A stretch of 57,494 nt of DNA, the filler included, from Dugesia japonica (lineage: Eukaryota), in NCBI GenBank assembly GCA_001938525.1. It is 5 parts of 5 records of this genome, joined end to end, with 100 filler letters (N's around TTAATTAATTAA, not from the genome) between each part and the next. Parts side by side here need not be neighbours in the genome. Positions count along the whole stretch, not along the records: positions 29,958 to 48,479 come from MQRL01622135.1; positions 48,580 to 57,494 come from MQRL01639184.1; 3 more parts are not named here. One strand, written 5' to 3'. The position numbers and the translations under genes were made by a program. A model generated the notes under the pieces. That model saw nothing but the letters and a program-made list of their open reading frames with translations. It was not told the origin of the DNA and did not search any database. Below are positions 44,626-57,494 of the stretch, piece by piece. The stretch's first letter is position 1. Each line of letters opens with the position of its first letter.

Positions 44626-47600
44626 TATACTTTACAACTTTTAAGTGGTGCTGTGTGTAGTTACACATAAATGCGGCTTATGGAGTAGTAATAATGAACT
44701 TTACAAAACTTTTCATAATGATAATTTTTTTAAAATTACAATTATTACAATCGTATTTGAGATTTCATTAAAATAAAAGGTTCGATGAAATGTTTTTTTT
44801 AGTATTTCGAATTTTCGACAATTAAGAAAATTCAAAATACTAAAAAAATTTGATCGAAACTTTTATTTTAATGAAGTCATTCATTTTTTAATAAAAATTA
44901 TTGTAAGTTTTCTATAAATAGATGCTATTATCTTCCATGGTAACTCGGTTGATCTAAATATTCCTCAAAAAAATTGATATTTATAAATATATTAAAACTG
45001 CAATTCTTAACCTTTCTGATGCAGCGACTTTCAATAAAATTCTTATCAGTACAACTATTTTCAATACTTCTTCTTTTGTTATTNTTATAAATGGGGAAGA
45101 AATACAGGAAATACAGTTTATTTTTATTTTCACAAATTCAACATAATTAAAGGATAGTGATTAATCACAAAGTATAAAAATAAAAATCATAGTAATATTC
45201 TATAAATTACCAGTGAATTATACATGTAAAAGTTTGTCATATTAGAATGGTAAAATGAAATAAATTTCTGATGAGTTGAGGCGACCAAGGTTAAATCGTT
45301 ATTCACGCCTGGAAGTGTTACTACCTGTAGTTTAGGAACTACTAATTTAAAGGATTTAAATTTTAAATTAAAAATGAGGTTTATAATGATTAACTTAATC
45401 TGAATTATTTTCCTCGTTATTTTTAATCACTTGTTTTCAGTTAAAAATAAATACTTCAAGAGCATAAAACTAACCCACCACTAGTAATTTAATTATGGTA
45501 TACATTTTTTTCTAACTATAGTGGTTGGTTTTTCATTTTGATGAATAATTCATATGTAATAACTAGAATCTTTTAACACAAACTTAAAATCTTCCCCATT
45601 GAAATTATAGTGGATAATATTTTAAAATTACAGTTATTGCGAGAATAATTATTGGAATTAGCCATTCATTACATTTTTAAAGCTTCAAGAAAACTAAAAA
45701 GTTTATATCAAAATGATTTTATATTGTTATTTTTGTTTTTATATTGTTGTCAGTAATCGGAATTTTCGATGATAGTCTTCTTCAGGGATTTATTTTTAAT
45801 TAATTAATTAGTTAAATTAATTTCAATTGAAATTTAAAAAATACTATATTTAGAAATGTCTGTCTAGTCTAAAATTTTAGTTAAAATAATCACAGAAATA
45901 ATTTCATTTCCGCAATATAATTTGTATTCAATTATTAAATAAAAATTCATTATTAACTCATCTCGTTAATTTCATTTTTCGTTATTATTTTATGGAGAAT
46001 ATTAATTAATTTATTGAATCCAAATAATGAAATAGCCAATAAAATCGTTAGTAATTATTGGTTTCAATAATATTTTTTTTTACAAAAAAAAGTTTTTTAT
46101 TGTTTATAATTCCGTTATGATCACCATAGATACGGTTGAAAAACGTGAATTGTTTTATACTGTTTTTCTAGTAGTATATATTTTGTAGAATTTTTTTTTT
46201 AAATTTTTGTCCAAAATTTGTTATAAAAAAGGATAAATAAAACCAATTCACTACAGGACTGGTAAAAAATGATTTTATTTATTTCATTAGAATGTTATGA
46301 ATAATTTTTGTATTGCAAAGCTCCGAAAATTAATGTAAAACTTCATCTATCAATGCAAGATCACATGGTTTCCAAGTATAATATTCAAAACTCAAACACC
46401 GTTAGGAATACAGCTAAATGTAACCGAAGAATAACACATGCAGATCAAAGGATATCTAATCAAAAAATCGTAACTTACGAATTTATATGAAATTAAATGC
46501 CACATAAGTGAAACATATAGGTCGAAACATACTGGGCAATCGGTGCGGGAACTGTATTTAAGACTGACATTTATTTTAAGTAAAATTTGTTTTTTCAAAA
46601 TATTCATTTATTTACAGATCAATNNNNNNNNNNNNNNNNNNNNNNNNNNNNNNNNNNNNNNNNNNNNNNNNNNNNNNNNNNNNNNNNNNNNNNNNNNNNN
46701 NNNNNNNNNNNNNNNNNNNNNNNNNNNNNNNNNNNNNNNNNNNNNNNNNNNNNNNNNNNNNNNNNNNNNNNNNNNNNNNNNNNNNNNNNNNNNNNNNNNN
46801 NNNNNNNNNNNNNNNNNNNNNNNNNNNNNNNNNNNNNNNNNNNNNNNNNNNNNNNNNNNNNNNNNNNNNNNAATAATAATAATAAATAAATAAATAATTA
46901 GTGATTGAATTTATTATTTCCGTTCACTATCTTTTCCAATATAAATATTGAAAAATAAGTTTTATTTAAAAATTGGTGATATGCTATTTCAATGACTGTT
47001 TTAAAGATTTCTTAAAAATCAATAAAATACTTTCATCAATATAATTAAATTAAACAGAATATTCTATTAATTATGTTCTCATTGATTACGTTTTATCATG
47101 CTGTTTTTTTCTACAATGTTATTTTTAAATAAAATTTTTTAACTGTTATTTGAAGACTACTTTGTATCAATTATTTGCCCAATAACCTGTGGTAATTCAT
47201 AAATTAAAATAAAAGTAAACTGAAGTTAATATTAAATGTATTGGTTTGTCAATGTTTTCATAATTACATGATTATTTATTTGTTTAAATATTATTCCTGT
47301 ATTTATTGTGTTTGTAAAATATTTTCTCATTTTCTTGAAAATAATTTTGCATGTTTTTTTATAAATTGACAAAATTTTCTATTTATTTAAATGTAAAATC
47401 TTATTTTGTAGAAATTCAATTTACAATGAACGTAAATAACGATTTTTATTTTAAAAAAATTGAAACTTTATAAAATTTATTTTCATTATATAAAATATTA
47501 AAATGTAATTGGTTTACCCAAAAGAGATTTTTATTCTTGCTATTTGATTTTAATATTTTACTACTTATTTAATAAATCCCACATATTTTTCGACAATTTA

Positions 47601-47984
47601 TTTTGTTGGATATACGAATTTTATTTTTATTTTGACTGTGGTTATTTAAATTATTATTTCTTTTCAACAATGTTGATCACCATAAATATTCGGTGATGAA
47701 TATTAGAAAATGATCGAGTAAATCAAATTAATTCACATTCATAGTGAAATAAAAATAATTTATTCGATATTAATTTCTAAAAAAAATTTAGCACCATNAC
47801 TTTTAATAGGTGATCCTCAAATTGATGATTCAGATTCTAAAATTCATTTCAAAATTGATTTAAACTGATACTAATGAGCGCACAATTAATAAATTGAAAT
47901 AATATTGAATTGTAGAATAAGTTCTGTTTTTTCTTTCCATCAAAATGAAAAAAGAGTTAGGATATATAAATATTATTTTAATCA

Positions 47985-48479
47985 CACCAATATTATCCAT
48001 TTTAATGAATGACCTGGTGCCAGCGTTATGATACTGTTATTATTCCCTTCTCGAGCAGACTTAATGGTTTTCCTGAGAAAAAGTTGTTTACGAACTTTTG
48101 ACATCCTCGAAGGATTGAAATCGTTACTTATTCAGATTTTAAAGCGATCTGAATAGATAGAAATCCATTGTAGCGATATCTGGCGAGTCCAGATGGTGCT
48201 GAAAATCTTTAGATTTGGTAACCAAATCATGTGGTCTGGCGTTGTCATTGTGAAAGATCACATTCTCCATGCTAGGCAGCTCAGGGCGTTTCTTCTAAAT
48301 TATCTTCTTCAATTAGAACACGGTATTTTGTTCCATTGATTGTATGACCACTTGAATGCAGCTCGTAATAAAGAATACCGTTTCGATCCCATCAAATATA
48401 TAGCATCACCTACTGGGAATGCAAATCAGGTTTGGCAACTAATAGGGACGATTCACCTGGACCATACCATGACCGTTGA
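47985..48479 (-). pseudogene. mariner transposase C-terminal remnant
   Basis: Minus strand encodes KRPEL..NVIFHNDNARPH and DSPDIATMDFYLFRSL (YSPDLAP-like). Confidence 0.75.
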
Positions 48480-48523
48480 NNNNNNNNNNNNNNNNNNNNN
48501 NNNNNNNNNNNNNNNNNNNNNNN

Positions 48524-48535
48524 TTAATTAATTAA
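48524..48535. other. Artificial scaffold linker TTAATTAATTAA
   Basis: Same 12-mer within N runs. Confidence 0.95.
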
Positions 48536-48579
48536 NNNNNNNNNNNNNNNNNNNNNNNNNNNNNNNNNNNNNNNNNNNN

Positions 48580-48781
48580 CTCGTTATCTCCTGTTGTAGT
48601 TCTAGTTCTTTCACGAGTTTTAGCCTTTTAGTCCCGTTTTGGCTTTCGTCATTCTTCTCTCCAACTAGATTATGCCCTTCTTGGGTCTGATTTCTTCACT
48701 TTCCTTTCTTATGTAGATTTTTCGAATTTCGTGCTTACTTACGCCATTCTATTTGCCTTAATCCGGTGTTTCACCCCAACA
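48580..48781 (-). repeat. LTR start of an element related to the large Gypsy element
   Basis: Begins TGTTGGGGTGAAACA and also contains AAGGAAAGTGA, as at 9891. Confidence 0.5.
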
Positions 48782-49127
48782 GTATTATACGTGTGTGGCT
48801 TTACTGCCTTAACTAAACATTCCACAATTTTTCTTCAAAACAGTCAAATCGGAATCTATTAATTACTGTATGTATTTCTTTATGCTACATATAAAAAACG
48901 ACAGATGTTATGCTAATGTCACTGTTAGTTGCTGATACATATGTAAAGGTAATACAGTAGAAATATTGGAAATGAAACCATGGAATCCATATTTTGAATT
49001 TACAGAATTACCGGTAAAAATATTTAGAATGATCCACAGACATTTGACATAAAAAATTTTTGACATAAAATGTATTTGAGTTTATTTATTTAATTATTTT
49101 ATATGGCTTTTATACGACCTTCAAATA

Positions 49128-49500
49128 GTGAAGACTTATACTTTAACTGCTTCTGGCAAGCCATTTCTTCGATTTGATGCTGGAATCAATGATCCTGATA
49201 GAGTGTTAGTATTTTATTCAGATTTAGGAATGCGCATTCTTACAAGAAGCAATCAGATTTATGCCGATGAAACATTTGATACGGTTCCTCACATTCACTT
49301 ACGATACACGGAGAAGTATTTGGATTCACTTTTCCATGAATATATGTACTTTGCCTACATAAAAATAAAACTACTTATCTCAAGATTTTTGCCCATTTAA
49401 AAGATGCTGCAATTATTTCTGGAATGAGGTTCATACCAAACATCATCATGACGTATTTTGAAAACGCAGCCATGAAAGCAGCAAAAATAAGCTTTCCCGA
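49128..49500 (+). pseudogene. MULE/Mutator transposase remnant
   Basis: DRVLVFYS..G...L..S.QIYADETFDTVP (DGTF-like) and PNIIMTYFENAAMKAAKISFP (TDFE-like). Confidence 0.7.
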
Positions 49501-50251
49501 GAAATAAAATTATATTAAAAAAAAATTAAATAGATTTTTATGTCAAATTTCCGGGTACCATTTAGAATATATTTGACAATTCATAAGCCCTAACCATCAT
49601 AGATTGATTACGAAAAGTTTTTGTATGAAATTTATAGTAGTGAAACTTAACTGCAGAAATAGTAAGTAGTGTTACAAAGAACATAATTATATATTTAACT
49701 TTGTTGAAGTAATTACTATTATCTATTGGATTGGCAACATAGTTCTCTTACAAATTTTATTAATAAAAATTTATAATGGAAAACAGCTAGAGTGTATAAT
49801 TGAAACGACATGGTAGGTCATTGATGAATTAGCTGTAAAAGTTCATTTTACTTTTTGTTAGTTTATATGGAAGCCACAACTTCAGTTTACGAACATTAAC
49901 AATCTCCAAATAATGACTGTGTGAGTAACGTCAAACGTCTTAGTCATGTAGCATAGATTACCTTCTACACCGACGCATAAAAGGTCATTATTAGTATGTG
50001 ACGACTGAAAGTTTTCCTAAAAGTCAAAATCACTACTCTTGAATTTCATAACTCAGTCATTTGTCGTACACCAGCCAATGGTGCTTTGTCTAAAAGCTGT
50101 GCCAATGTAGTGCTGGGATTGAACAACATTTAAATGGAACTTAAAATCATACATTAATAGAGTGTGTTGATTTTCTCTCGAATGACTAGATTTATTGGCC
50201 ATTTTAATTATTGTAATGGTTGCTAAAATATTTACATATTTATAGACGTTA

Positions 50252-50390
50252 TNGACCATCCATTAAAGAAGTCCCCTAGGAAGAAGCGGGGAGGTCTCCA
50301 CAGAGGGATACATGTGGGAAATATGGGGTCCGTCCAAGGGGGGAGTCAAAAAGTGCTAATTTTTTGGGGACGTCCTTAATGGATGGTCCT
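50252..50390. mobile_element. 139-bp PIF/Harbinger-like MITE
   Basis: TIRs GACCATCCATTAAAGAAGTCC / GGACGTCCTTAATGGATGGTC, flanked by TTA on both sides. Confidence 0.7.
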
Positions 50391-51156
50391 TTAATAAATA
50401 CAAAACAATTAAGTTTTGTATATTGGTACTTTGTTTCCAACCCAATACTAAGTAATTAGTTGTATTAATCTTCTTGATTATATTATTTTATATTTTATAA
50501 TTGTAATAAATTTATTATTAGAATACTTAAAAAAGGACTCATTTATACTTCATTTTTAATGATCTTTAAAATGAATATTTTATTTAAAACATTAATGATA
50601 AGTCTGGTTTTTAATTATTCATAATAATTTCGTGGAAAAAATGAAAATTTAACACTTTTAATATTACTAATTATTTTAGTGAATTTTTGAAATTTAAATT
50701 TGTTTACAGATATTATAAAAAATGAAGTAGAAATTATCGGAAGCTAGTAATTGTATAAAATTACCAATCAAATGCATTTCCCAGAATCTAGTATTCGGTT
50801 TATGTTATTTCATAGATATCAGAGTATAAATATGAAACTGGCTCTAAAGAAGCTTATAAACAAAAGTATGCACTTAAAAGTTAAAAGGCGAACGAAAAAT
50901 TTATTAACTGCCTGTCAGTAATTAGAGATTTAATTAATAAAATAAAACAGAACTTTAAATAATTTGTTTCTTAAAATGATGATCGGTACAAGAAACACTG
51001 CCAAAGAAAAATAATAAATTTTAATAAAAAACACATTAGATTATGTTGTAAGTGATCTGAAGAGAGGCTAAACTGGAGCTGTTTTCTTCAGTGACAATAA
51101 TTTTTTTTTTAATAATCTCATTAATATATGTACACGTGGGCCACCAAAGTTAAATA

Positions 51157-53627
51157 CAGTAAGCGCTCTATATAAGCAACCTATATGTAAGCAACTTTCT
51201 CTAAAATCAACTTCATTATAAGCAACTTTTTAACTATCAAAATTCCATATAAACAACTATATGACTGAAATGTATGGGATTCAATAAAATACGATAATTC
51301 AATAATTATTATTAGAAATTATACATTTTTTATTAATAGTGGATATTTACTATTATAAATTATACAAATCCTATTCGATGGAGAAAAAGCAAAGAATTTC
51401 GATATCCTAAAGGGATAAAATGTCCATTTTAAAATATTTTGAAGATGGTAAGAAAGCCAAAGATATTTTTGAGCAATATGAAANNNNNNNNNNNNNNNNN
51501 NNNNNNNNNNNNNNNNNNNNNNNNNNNNNNNNNTATGTAAGCAACTTTCTCTAAAATCAACTTCATTATAAGCAACTTTTTAACTATCAAAATTCCATAT
51601 AAACAACTATATGACTGAAATGTATGGGATTCAATAAAATACGATAATTCAATAATTATTATTAGAAATTATACATTTTTTATTAATAGTGGATATTTAC
51701 TATTATAAATTATACAAATCCTATTCGATGGANNNNNNNNNNNNNNNNNNNNNNNNNNNAAGGGATAAAATGTCCATTTTAAAATATTTTGAAGATGGTA
51801 AGAAAGCCAAAGATATTTTTGAGCAATATGAAACTCATAAATCGACAGTTACTAGAATAAAATCTAAAAAAGACACTTTAAAGTCATTTGCGTCCAAAAA
51901 ATATAAGAACCAAAACAAAATCAAAAGATTGAAGCCGATAAAATATTCTGATGTCGAAANGGAGGTGTATAACTGGTTTTTAGAAATGTGGCGTAATCAA
52001 AATTTAGTTTCAAATGAGATGTTAAAAGTAAAAGCGCTTGATATGAAAACATCATTAAATGGATCAGAATCATTTGTAGCTAATGATGGATAGCTTACAA
52101 AATCCAAAGAACACAATGGTATACGTGTATTGTCAGTGTCCGGAGAGAGTCTGTCCTGTAATATTGAAACAAGCATTGTTTTTTTTTAAATTATTTCAAT
52201 GGGATTGTGAGAGAAAACGACTTTCACCCAGAGTGTATTTATAAGTGCGATGAAACTTGTCTTGTTTATAAAAGTTTACACAAAAAAACCAATGTCGAAA
52301 AATGGGAAAAACGGCTGTTGGTAGGAAAGCCATGAAAGAAATAATAACAAATATACTTGCATAAGCTTGATCTAATGATGATAGGTAAAGCAAAAAAATC
52401 TCGATGTTTCAAAAATATAGATTTGTCATTATATTACAAGGTCTCTGAAAATGCTTGGCAAAGGAGTTCAAATTTTAAAGCCTGGTACAATGAGATCTTT
52501 ATCCTTCAAGTAACTCTTCATTTACAATTAAAAATCTCCCAATCAAGGCACTGTTATTGGTGGATAATGCATCTTGTCATGGTACAGAAAACATGTTTAA
52601 CGAGAATCCTAATTTCAAAGTGATCTATTTTCCTTCTAATAATACACCATTGTTACAACCATTAGATCAAAGTGTTATCAAATCTCTTAAACAGCGATAT
52701 CGAAAGCNNNNNTTGATAACACTTGCAGCTCAGTCCATAGATGATTTCAACACTTCAGAATCTAAATTTGAAACATGTTGCTTTCTTAACTGTTCAAGCC
52801 TGGACTGAACTCCCGCAATCGATAATTCAAAATTCTTTTAAACATCTTTTTACTCCACAGGACCAGATTGATTCTAACTTACCTGGTCATAACGTTATTG
52901 ATGAAGATGTCCATTGTGAAACTATACAATTCAATTTTGGACGACAATAAATTGTGTAAAAATGAAATAATGGATTGGGCAAATCGAATTAATGAAATAT
53001 TTATTTTCACTCATATCGAGGAAAATGATGAAACGACAAATGACGATATTATCACCAACGAAGAAAACGTTGTTACCAATTCTATGAACATCAATGAGGT
53101 TATTAAATCTTTCAACATAGTNNNNNNNNNNNNNNNNNNNNNNNNNNNNNNNNNNNNNNNNNNNNNNNNNNTGTCCATTGTGAAACTATACAATTCAATT
53201 TTGGACGACAATAAATTGTGTAAAAATGAAATAATGGATTGGGCATATGTAATTAATGAAATATTTGTTTTCACTCATATCGAGGGAAATGATGAAACGA
53301 AAAATGACGATATTATCACCAACGAAGAAAACGTTGTTACCAATTCTATGAACATCAACGAGGTTATTGAATCTTTCAACATAGTGATAGAATGGGCAGA
53401 GGAAAATGATACTCCGGTTAATGAAATTTTAGCTTTGTAAAAAGCTGTACTTAAAAAATATATGTAATTTATGTTGTTATAATAAATGTTTTGATTGTTC
53501 TAACTTTTTTTCAATTGCATTGTTAAAAATTTATTTTAGAATCCTTTTACTTTTCCTGCAACTTTTCTATAAAATCAACTTTTTTTTAAAAAGTGGTTCA
53601 CATGAGTTGNTTATATAGCGCTTACTG
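51157..53627 (+). mobile_element. Tigger/pogo DNA transposon, full length but decayed
   Basis: TA|CAGTAAGCGCTCTATATAAGCAAC ... GTTGnTTATATAGCGCTTACTG|TA TIRs. CENP-B-type HTH regions, DNASCH, and FPSNNTPLLQPLDQSVIKSLKQRYR. Confidence 0.9.
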
Positions 53628-55242
53628 TATTCAAAAAATACTTAGATAATACAGCGGTGGAAAAATTATGTTTTGGACTTTGCAATGCCAAATAGTCTCA
53701 CATTTTTTACTCAAGTTCCAGAGACTTATAAATCTCCGTAATATATAGGCAATTTTAATAGGTGTCTTGTACTACTCATGAAGGCACATAGTTATGGAGA
53801 ATTCTTTTCGTACAAGGCAATAGCATAATCCATACTGCTAATATTGTTGGAAGGTGGATCAAAAATAAAACTCTTTCCGTTTTAGAGTGATTTTTGAACT
53901 CGCTGTATTGAAATTTATATGAGAAGGCTTGAAAATTGATTTCAGACTTAGTTTACTCTAATGGACAACCAACGATATTGAATAATTGGTGAAAAGGATC
54001 CATGATTAAAAGAGAGTTTAAATCTATGTTCGATAATTATTCTAAGCGATTTACTAAATTATTATTTGTTCGTAGAAATACTATTAAATAAATATATTTG
54101 GATGTTTTTGTTATCATTTTCTATAAGTTTCCAGTTTAATTTTTTCATAAAATATACAAAAAATAAAATTTTTGATAAATATTTTTAATAAAAAGTTCTT
54201 ATTTTAAACATAATTAAAAATAAATTGCATACATAATAAAAGTGAAAATTATATTTGTGCCAGGAAGTTTGCAAATAAAACTGTCCACTTAATTTTGCAA
54301 TAACTGTAGTTAGTAAAATTTGACTGCAAAATATTTCTAGTAGTGCTTTCAAATAATTTTTAACTAGTAAATCATTGCCGTTCAAACTCCGCAGATTTAC
54401 AAAAAATGTTTNCGAAAATTGTTAATTTTATTTATAATACGATTGGATAATGATATAAGAAGTGAGAAAGATTTATCTATCAAAACCCTCTTAAAAGTTT
54501 CTTAGGTCATTTTCTTTGTCATTGTTATAATTTTCATTTTACTATAACTAATAATGATGTATATTTTCCCGAATATCTGGTCATTTTCTTTTGTATACCC
54601 TGTGAATTAAATTAAATATTTATTTGATCCATATTATTGATGCGACCCGTATTAGCATTGTAAATGAATGACGTAATAACGTGCTAAACTCATTACACAT
54701 AGTAAATTCAATAGTTTGTAAAATTTAAAATAAACCGAAAAAAAATTGCAAAGGGTGAATAATTTGCTAACTGTTAACAAGTTGGCCATGTAAAGAGCCA
54801 TAACTTGAGTATCGAGAACGGGGGGGACCAACAAGGAGCCAACGATGAAGCTGCTTACTTCAATGGAGCTCAGAAAGTAACGAAAAATAACTGGGAAGGA
54901 TATAGAACCATAAATTAAAATCTACATAATTAATAGACCAATATTTTTATTTCTTTATAATGACAATTATTGTGATAATAATTGTTGGACTTAACCTTTG
55001 GTCGCATATGAGATTTCATTAAACTAAGAAAAAGCTTCGATCAAAATAAAATGTATTGTAAAATGGTTCAAATTTTTTACAATAGTCTTCTTAAGTAACA
55101 ATTTCTATTTGTTTTTCTCAAATAAAATTATTTTTGCATACTTTCATGTTTTATTCACTGATAATTTAATTTTGAGTTTTGACTTATATGAAGATATTAC
55201 AGTTCAAGATAATAGTATTTGCAGCCTAACCTATTACAATTT

Positions 55243-55719
55243 TGTGATAATAATTTTAGCCAATAGAAAGTGATTAAATTGAACATTAATATTTAATATT
55301 ATCTTATCAAATATCTGTTTTAGTAGTGAAATAAATGACTAAAAAATATTAATTGTGATTTGAAAATGAATTATCAATTCAAGATTTACCTAACATGGTG
55401 GCAACGATGGGATTCGTCAAGGTAGAAACAAGAAATAAAAGTCAAGACAGATTTGAAGGACCTTATCGAATAATTGAGAAAATTCATAAAATATGGTATG
55501 CGGTACAAGGAGAAAATGGACAGCAATTAGAAAGAAATGTGGAAAACTTAGAAAGTTTCTTAATTATTATTTAATAATTTCGGCAAATTGAATATTAATT
55601 AATTCTAATCACTCTTCGTTATCTAATCAGTTAGTGCTTTAGTGAAATAAATTATGTCTAAAAATATTAGTTGTGATTTGGAAAATATTATCAAATATCA
55701 ATTGAAGATTTACCTAACA
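55243..55719 (+). mobile_element. Miniature, internally deleted Gypsy LTR element
   Basis: Two diverged ~150-bp direct repeats ending AAGATTTACCTAACA (55395, 55719). PBS TGGTGGCAACGATGGGATTCG. Internal integrase tail DRFEGPYRIIEK...LERNVENL. Confidence 0.7.
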
Positions 55720-55955
55720 GTGATAAAAATATTTTAATGTGTGAAGTATTCAAATGAAAGTAGGGTCCACCAATTGTATCTCTATTATAAAAGCTAATAA
55801 TCATTATATTCTGGGGGAAATGATGAAATAGATAATTGCTACTAACACCAACACACATGAAAATATTCCAATTTAGAATAAAAACAAATCTTAATCATAA
55901 ATCTTGAAAAAAAGAAATGAAAAAAGTTTTTATTAAAAATAAAATCTCAATAAAA

Positions 55956-57167
55956 TTAATTATTAATAAATCTTTTTTCATTTCCGTGAATTTGTAATTT
56001 TTCAGTTACAATTTCACGTTCCTTGATTTTACCCGTCTTCTCATATGCGCAAGCTCCACACTTCCTAGAATAATTCAATTATAATAAACCAATATCCTCG
56101 TTTCAAATAAAAATCCATACAAGCATGATCCTTCTGGGTATTTCTCGTAAGTAGTGGTGCGTTGTTTGCATTTAATGCATTGAAAAAACCTCCTAAACCC
56201 CTTTACTGATTTAACTGTGTGTCCCTCGACAACACAAAATCGTGGTTTCATTGCCGTTTTGGATTGGCACTAAATATGAACATATAATATTTCCAACAAT
56301 TTATCCAAATGTTTACTTGAACACATATGAAGACAATGCACTCCTGTTCGTGTAGACTGGTNNNNNNNNNNNNNNNNNNNNNNNNNNNNNNNNNNNNNNN
56401 NNNNNNNNNNNNNNNNNNNNNNNNNNNNNNNNNNNNNNNNNNNNNNNNNNNNNNNNNNNNNNNNNNNNNNAACTTTAAAAAGTTTTCGTCTAAAATCGGT
56501 TTCTTCGGCTTGTTATTTAATGAAGAACTAAAATTTATTGATTTCTTTACACTTTGTTTAAATTGATTACCTATCAACAGGGGTGCAAACCTTCTTGATG
56601 TGCTCTAACTTATTACTATCCCGAAGAGCGGCATATCCACCCTTTTCTTTTGCTAATGCGGCGAGGCGGAGTTTACTCAATTCAGCCCGATATGTCTCCG
56701 CACTAGCCCCGTCTAATTTAGCGGGTTTGTACCCTAGGTTGATGGTTTGATTGGACAGATCGGGCTGGGATGGGTTTTGTGACATTTTCTTTCGCAAACC
56801 ATCAAATGTAATTGGATTATCATTTGCACTATTAACGGATCGAGTTTGTTTCACAATGCCACTGGACCCCATTGATTTTTCTACAATATGTTTCACCAAG
56901 TTCATTGATCCAGAACTCGGCTTCTTCAGCAAATTCACCAGCGGTGTGGTTTTTAAAGGTTCCGTGCTTATATTCAAGGGAATGGAACTTTTATCTAAAA
57001 GTCCCCATCCTGTCGCCCGAGCTGTAATACCCGACTGTTGAAGATTTTCCAAAGATACATTGGAAGTAGTTCGGTTGACATAAACCCCATCCATTTTGGG
57101 TTTCTTCTGATCTTTATTCCACGGCACGTTGGGAGTTTTGCGTTTTCTTTCATTTAATTTTTCAACG
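55956..57167 (-). CDS. MCM10: Host MCM10, 3' exons 57167-56571, 56527-56317 (spans gap), 56269-56121, 56064-55956
   Basis: Spliced product ends ECIVFICVQCQSKTAMKPRFCVVEGH..KGFRRFFQCIKCKQRTTTYEKYPEGSCLKCGACAYEKTGKIKER...LQIHGNEKRFINN*, the two-Zn-motif MCM10 C-terminal domain. GT-AG introns in phase. Confidence 0.85.
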
Positions 57168-57494
57168 CTAAAATTTAACAATTTAAAAAAAGAANNACAC
57201 ATAGANATATGAAGCTACAAATTAACTTTGATTTTTTTTATGGAAATACAATAAAATAAACCAATATAAGATTTTACTGTGTACTTATTGTGAAATGCAT
57301 AAAAAGTGACAGCGGAAATACGAGGAAACCATGCGGAGCTATAAATCATACAAGTATTCCATTTCTGATAATTCTTAACTCAAGTTGTGGGAAGAAAATG
57401 CACTATTAAATAAAACAAATAAATTTCATAATAAGTTTACCCCCTCCATGTGTATTACAGTCGATAAAATTTATTAGAAATGCAATATTTATTT

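Noticed and set aside
44361-44670. Poly-Asn/Ile/Leu ORFs (also poly-Tyr at 36945-37136)
   Set aside because: Translations of (AAT)n microsatellites and N runs.
46291-50810. Further lgl exons at ~46291 or ~50710
   Set aside because: Both give stops in the required phase, and 50710 lies on a different scaffold.
52868-53440. Internal tandem duplication in the Tigger transposase C-terminus
   Set aside because: The duplicate flanks an N gap like other overlaps in this assembly; likely an artefact.

Overview
Very AT-rich eukaryotic (animal) DNA with 40-80 nt introns and (AAT)n microsatellites. It looks flatworm/planarian-like, but that is inference. The window is not contiguous: four N-TTAATTAATTAA-N linkers (9569, 21143, 29902, 48524) join five independent scaffolds. 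Scaffold 1 (1-9524) is the right end of an apparently intact Polinton/Maverick-like element. Its protein-primed DNA polymerase B (Zn fingers, OTU-like region, endonuclease-VII-like Zn motif, exonuclease, polymerase) is split in catalytic motif C (YSD|TDS) by a 237-aa mini-intein resembling giant-virus PolB inteins. It is followed by a ~1.4 kb repetitive terminal region, an ...CTACT-3' end and what looks like the empty allele across a gap. Scaffold 2 (9626-21098) is a decayed, very large Gypsy-type LTR element on the minus strand. Its polyprotein reads: chuvirus-like glycoprotein, two aspartic proteases, RT, (RNase H deleted), integrase, Cys-rich region, second membrane protein. Three accessory genes follow (coiled-coil, BIR-BIR-RING IAP, coiled-coil/PAM2-like), each with a splice acceptor just before its ATG, then the start of the 3' LTR. 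Scaffold 3 has Penelope-like RT remnants and a second, degenerate pPolB. Scaffold 4 has the first five exons of a host lgl/tomosyn-family gene with TE-filled introns. Scaffold 5 has MULE, MITE, Tigger/pogo and mini-LTR remnants plus the 3' exons of host MCM10. All homology calls are from motif recognition only; no searches were run.
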